Virus record (IMG/VR): IMGVR_UViG_3300042892_001069
Source of the DNA: a virus
Taxonomy: Duplodnaviria; Heunggongvirae; Uroviricota; Caudoviricetes
Direction: 5' to 3' (one strand)
DNA: 64,000 nt
Shown here: piece after piece, positions 59,714-64,000 of the stretch
Position numbering within the stretch: the first letter of the stretch is position 1
Layout: each line of letters begins with the position of its first letter
The notes under the pieces: model-generated
The model's database searches: none
Seen by the model: only the letters and a program-made list of their open reading frames with translations
What the model was told of the DNA's origin: nothing
Made by a program: the position numbers and the translations under genes

Positions 59714-60628
59714 ATGGCATATCAGGAAATTCAAACAGGACAAATTGCTAATGACGGAAATGGAGATACACTCCGATCCGGCGCACAGAAAATTAATGAA
59801 AATTTTACTGAACTTTACAATTCTTTATCTTATTCATTACCGGCTGCTACAACAACAGAATTAGGTGGTGTCAAAGTAGGCGGCAGGTTGTCAATTAATA
59901 ACGGCATTTTGTCGGCAGATGATCAGCAATACACACTGCCCATTGCTGGTACAAGTGCCGGAGTACTAGGGGGTGTGAAGGTTGACGGCACATCTATTAG
60001 TATTACAGATGGTGTAATTTCTTCAACGTATTCATATTCTTTACCTATAGCAGAAGTTAGTGCCGCTGGACAATTAGGTGGAGTTAAAGTTGACGGTTCA
60101 ACAATTACAATTACAGATGGGGTAATAACTGCGCCGTATTCTTATACATTGCCCACGGCTACTAATTTTACATTAGGTGGAGTTAAAGTTGACGGTTCAA
60201 CAATTACAATTACAGATGGGGCAATTTCAGCTGTACCAACGGCAGTGGCTGTAAACAGAACAACAGTGACAGTAACTAGCGGCACATTGGCAGCAGGAGC
60301 AACTGGCACGTTTGATATATCTGGATTCAAATCATATTTGTTATTTAAGATACAAGCATCGGCCTCTGCCTGGGTAACATTGTATACAGACACATCATCT
60401 AGGACCGCAGACTCAACAAGATTACAAACTGTTGATCCTTTACCTGGATCTGGTGTAATTGCGGAAGTCATTACTGCTGGCGCAGAGATTATTGTAATTA
60501 GTCCCGGCACAATTGGGTTTAATAACGAAGTAGTTCCAACATCTAACATTCCTATTAAGATTGTTAATAAAGGAGCTGTGCCTGCAGCAATTACAATAAC
60601 ATTGACTTTAGTAAAAATAGAGGATTAA
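59714..60628 (+). CDS. Short fibre/connector protein with gp9/gp10-like N-terminus and LGGVKV repeats
   Basis: ANDGNGDTLRSGAQKINENFTELY followed by four Y(S/T)LP.A....LGGVKV.G units. Confidence 0.75.
   Translation: MAYQEIQTGQIANDGNGDTLRSGAQKINENFTELYNSLSYSLPAATTTELGGVKVGGRLSINNGILSADDQQYTLPIAGTSAGVLGGVKVDGTSISITDGVISSTYSYSLPIAEVSAAGQLGGVKVDGSTITITDGVITAPYSYTLPTATNFTLGGVKVDGSTITITDGAISAVPTAVAVNRTTVTVTSGTLAAGATGTFDISGFKSYLLFKIQASASAWVTLYTDTSSRTADSTRLQTVDPLPGSGVIAEVITAGAEIIVISPGTIGFNNEVVPTSNIPIKIVNKGAVPAAITITLTLVKIED
60073..60221. repeat. Exact 50-bp direct repeat (60073-60122 and 60172-60221) within the LGGVKV repeats
   Basis: ATTAGGTGGAGTTAAAGTTGACGGTTCAACAATTACAATTACAGATGGGG twice, 99 bp apart. 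Confidence 0.9.
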
Positions 60629-60629
60629 T

Positions 60630-62279
60630 ATGACAGACTTAATAGAATATATTGTAACTGCTAAGACAATGGACGATGCTACGTCTCTGCTTGACGATAT
60701 GGAAACTGCTGGTGGTGATTTATATATTCCTAACAGACAAGTTACAGTTAGTCAACGTAGAGAAATTAGTAGGAATACACATTTTCTTATCACTGAAGCT
60801 GAAGCCGAACAATTGCGCAACGACCCTAGAGTACTAGCAGTAGAACAGTTGCCAAGTGCGCTTGGTATTGAGGCATTGCCCCACTGGGTACAATCTGGAA
60901 ATTTTGAAAAAAGCGCAACCGTCGATACTAATGATAAAAATTGGGGATTATATAGAGTTGCCGCAGGACAACCGTTATCTAATTGGGGGACTAACGGTGC
61001 GTTTACACAAACAACACAAACAGTGTCTACTACTAGTTCTGGAAAAAATGTTGATGTTGTAATAGTTGATGCTCACATAAATTTTAATCATCCAGAGTTT
61101 GCTGTTAATGCTGACGGTACTGGAGGGTCAAGAGCTGTACAATATGATTGGTTTCAACACAGCGCAAGTTTAGGATATAGTACTTCTGGATCATACAGTT
61201 ATACAAACATTTCTAGCAACCACGGAACTCACGTTGCTGGTACTGTTGCTGGTAACACTCAGGGCTGGGCCCGAGATGCCAACATTTATAATATGGAATT
61301 TATTTACGCAGGAGGCAACGGCCCTGCTGGTGACTGGTCTGTATATATTTTTGATTATATAAGAGAGTTTCATAAAAAGAAGCCAATAAATCCTGCTACT
61401 GGTAGACGGAATCCAACAGTGTGTAATAACAGCTGGGGCTACTCATACGGAGCAATTTATCTCAGCGGGATTACCTCACTAACATATCGAGGAGCTACTG
61501 TAGCAGTTACTGGATTAGACGCAACTAAAAAAATCACTTTAGAATCTAATGGAGTACCAGTTCCGGGAGGTAACTATCTTTATAGGATGCCAGCACGGAC
61601 TGCCGCAGTTGATGCCGATATTGAGGATGCAATTGCTGATGGAGTAATAACAGTGGTTAGCGCAGGTAATAGTTATTGGCCAACAGCTACACTAGCATCT
61701 TCGGATTATAACAATAGTATTGTGTCCGGTGGATCTACATATTTTCATAGTCGAGGATCTTCACCAAACAGTGATAACGCAATTTCTGTAGGTGCTATTG
61801 ACACGGTAACACAGGAATATAAGACTAATTTTAGTAATTACGGATCTAGAGTATCAATCTATGCTCCGGGCAAAAATATTATTAGCGCAGTATACGACTC
61901 TGGAGCTGCAGCTGAATTTGGCATTACACTAGCAAATGATCCAAGAAATCCTAGCTATAAATTAGGATCTATTTCAGGCACTAGCATGTCAGGCCCTCAA
62001 GTTACTGGGTGCCTTGCGTGTCTATCAGAACAGCAACAAACATTAACTCAAGCTGAAGCGTTATCATACTTAATTTCATCTTCTAAAAAATCACAAATAT
62101 CGTCAACTGGTGGCAACGCAGGCGATTTTACATCGCTGGGAACAGAGTCAAACAATCGATATTTGTTTTATAAACTAGAAAGGTTGCTGTCTGGTAATGT
62201 TTCTTCAAGTAATACTTACAAACTTAGAGGCGTCTCTGGAGCAGTTTATCCTAGAGTACGAGTAAGGAATAGAGGCTAA
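60630..62279 (+). CDS. Subtilisin-like serine protease (peptidase S8) with an N-terminal propeptide-like region
   Basis: Catalytic motifs VDVVIVD, HGTHVAGTVAG, oxyanion SAGN and SGTSMSGPQV. Confidence 0.92.
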   Translation: MTDLIEYIVTAKTMDDATSLLDDMETAGGDLYIPNRQVTVSQRREISRNTHFLITEAEAEQLRNDPRVLAVEQLPSALGIEALPHWVQSGNFEKSATVDTNDKNWGLYRVAAGQPLSNWGTNGAFTQTTQTVSTTSSGKNVDVVIVDAHINFNHPEFAVNADGTGGSRAVQYDWFQHSASLGYSTSGSYSYTNISSNHGTHVAGTVAGNTQGWARDANIYNMEFIYAGGNGPAGDWSVYIFDYIREFHKKKPINPATGRRNPTVCNNSWGYSYGAIYLSGITSLTYRGATVAVTGLDATKKITLESNGVPVPGGNYLYRMPARTAAVDADIEDAIADGVITVVSAGNSYWPTATLASSDYNNSIVSGGSTYFHSRGSSPNSDNAISVGAIDTVTQEYKTNFSNYGSRVSIYAPGKNIISAVYDSGAAAEFGITLANDPRNPSYKLGSISGTSMSGPQVTGCLACLSEQQQTLTQAEALSYLISSSKKSQISSTGGNAGDFTSLGTESNNRYLFYKLERLLSGNVSSSNTYKLRGVSGAVYPRVRVRNRG

Positions 62280-62339
62280 CTAGCCAATTAAACTATCACA
62301 TTATACACATTGATAAATATAAGATAAAGAGAGAGCATT

Positions 62340-62948
62340 ATGCAGAGTAAAGATACAACGGGAATTCATGTAGAGGGTCATATTAAGATTCACGACCCCG
62401 CTTCTGGTGAAGTTTTTATTAATAAGCGTAATGCTGTTCATTACGAAAATATTAGTATAGCACTAGCTCAGAGCATCGCTAACAGCGGCCAAGGTTTTAT
62501 ATATCAAATGGCCTTTGGCAATGGCGGAACAGCAATTGATCCAACTGGTATTATTACCTATTTAACTCCAAATAGTTCGGGATCAAATGCTAGTCTATAC
62601 AACGAAACTTACACTAAAATTGTTGACGATAGAAGCAGTAATAACGTTGATCCAACTCGCAATTTTGTAGAAACTAGACACGTTACTGGTACAAATTACA
62701 CTGATGTGTTTATTACCTGTCTACTAGACTACGGCGAGCCTAGCGGCCAATCGGCGTACGATACTACTACTAACAATGAAAGCGCATATGTGTTTGACGA
62801 GTTGGGTCTTAAATCATACAGTTCTACTGGTCAAAGTTTATTGTTAACTCATGTAGTATTTCATCCTGTACAAAAATCGTTAAATCGATTAATTCAGGTT
62901 GACTATACTGTGCGTATTCAAAGTTTAACTGGATTGGGCGGAGTATAA
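62340..62948 (+). CDS. Conserved baseplate/virion protein (202 aa)
   Basis: EGHIKI.D...NKRNA, MAFGNGG, FDELGL and HPVQKSLNR motifs. A late promoter GATAAATA is at 62312-62319. Confidence 0.7.
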   Translation: MQSKDTTGIHVEGHIKIHDPASGEVFINKRNAVHYENISIALAQSIANSGQGFIYQMAFGNGGTAIDPTGIITYLTPNSSGSNASLYNETYTKIVDDRSSNNVDPTRNFVETRHVTGTNYTDVFITCLLDYGEPSGQSAYDTTTNNESAYVFDELGLKSYSSTGQSLLLTHVVFHPVQKSLNRLIQVDYTVRIQSLTGLGGV

Positions 62949-62951
62949 TAA

Positions 62952-64000
62952 ATGTCATATCAAGTCAAATACACCGAAACTACAAATCCAAGTAAACCGC
63001 CAATTACGGTTGAAGATCAAACAGTTAATTCTCAAACTGATTTAAAATTTGTTGGAAAAAATTATGCTGGTTATGCGTCTTACATGGCAGAAAATTTCTT
63101 ACATCTGTTAGAAAATTTTGCTAAAAACACAGCACCATCACAACCAATTGAAGGCCAACTATGGTACGACAACAGTCCAGATGTTAATTTATTAAAAGTA
63201 TATGACGGTACAGTATGGACGGCCGCGGGCAGTGTTAAAAAATTCCCAACAGCACCGAGTGTAGGCATAATTGGTGATCTTTGGGTTAACACAAACACTC
63301 AGCAACTTCATGTGTATTCTGGATCTAACTGGTTATTAATTGGACCGCAATACAGTTCAGGTGCAAAAACAGGCCCGGATGTTGAAACTATTGTTGATTC
63401 AAATAATATTTCTCACAGCGTAATTTCATTCTTTGCAAACAATAGTAAAGTAGCAATATTAAGTAAAGAATCATTTAAACCTAAATTATTCATCCCAGGG
63501 TTTACTACAATTGGTCAAGGCTTTAATATTAGTACTGTTGATGCTGACAGTTTAGTATCCCCAACAAAAATGTGGGGAACTGCTAGCCAAGCAGATTCGC
63601 TAGTAGTCAACGGATCTCCAGTAGCGGCAAGCAATTTTCTTAGAGGCGATATAATTAGTACCTCTAATACTCCGTTAAACATTAGAGCAAGTGGCGGTAT
63701 TAGTATTGGCAGTGATTTAAGTTTTAACATTGGTCAAGAATTATCGTCAACTATTTTATATTCTAAAACTAGCGGCGGCAGCATTGGTGTTAAGTTGACT
63801 GCCAACGACGGAATAGTAACAACAGTAGTTCACGTAGATTCAAACAGTAGAGTTGGTATTAATACAATCACTCCGCAAGAGGCGTTAGACGTAAATGGAA
63901 ACATTATTACTAACGGAGATATTACATCCTCTGGCGGTGTTTCAAGTAACACACTAGAAATATTATCAACATCTACATTTGGAAATAATATTTTTACATC
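62952..64000 (+). CDS. Tail fibre-like protein, truncated by the right end of the window
   Basis: Absent from the ORF track. ATG 62952 reads MSYQVKYTE...FVGKNYAGY...AENFLHLLENFA..TAPSQPIEGQLWYD and stays open to the end, with a RVGINTITPQEALDVNG fibre motif. Confidence 0.8.
   Translation, partial: MSYQVKYTETTNPSKPPITVEDQTVNSQTDLKFVGKNYAGYASYMAENFLHLLENFAKNTAPSQPIEGQLWYDNSPDVNLLKVYDGTVWTAAGSVKKFPTAPSVGIIGDLWVNTNTQQLHVYSGSNWLLIGPQYSSGAKTGPDVETIVDSNNISHSVISFFANNSKVAILSKESFKPKLFIPGFTTIGQGFNISTVDADSLVSPTKMWGTASQADSLVVNGSPVAASNFLRGDIISTSNTPLNIRASGGISIGSDLSFNIGQELSSTILYSKTSGGSIGVKLTANDGIVTTVVHVDSNSRVGINTITPQEALDVNGNIITNGDITSSGGVSSNTLEILSTSTFGNNIFT

Noticed and set aside
59830-60221. 50-bp exact repeat as a DGR template/variable pair or an invertible site
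   Set aside because: The copies are identical direct in-frame repeats with no adenine-specific differences, and there is no reverse transcriptase or recombinase in the window.
37443-63730. Short minus-strand ORFs within the baseplate operon
   Set aside because: Antisense shadows of the long plus-strand genes.
1-64000. Genome-wide stop-codon reassignment
   Set aside because: Genes up to 14 kb are uninterrupted in the standard code and packing is dense, so there is no sign of recoding apart from the single TAG junction noted in findings.

Overview
A 64-kb segment of a large T4-like (Tevenvirinae-related, jumbo-type) myovirus genome, AT-rich and read in the standard genetic code. Positions 1-29766 (minus strand) carry two pairs of tandem paralogous giant fibre/virion proteins, several small virion proteins, the head module (gp23 capsid, gp22 scaffold, gp21 protease, acidic core protein, gp20 portal) and a tape-measure-like gene. 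Positions 29828-30876 (+) carry a gp26-like chaperone with a probable -1 frameshift extension. Positions 31921-36754 (-) form a sigma70-type operon: gp55-like late sigma, gp47/gp46 (Mre11/Rad50), an Hc1-like small basic protein and a GIY-YIG nuclease, followed by about 470 nt of highly structured non-coding sequence. Positions 36781-64000 (+) carry the baseplate/tail module, including a 4707-aa protein and a subtilisin-like protease. Many genes are preceded by T4-like late promoter motifs (nnTAAATA). The best candidate for a new system is the GIY-YIG gene with its large downstream structured RNA/DNA element. All product calls come from motif recognition and gene order, not from database searches.
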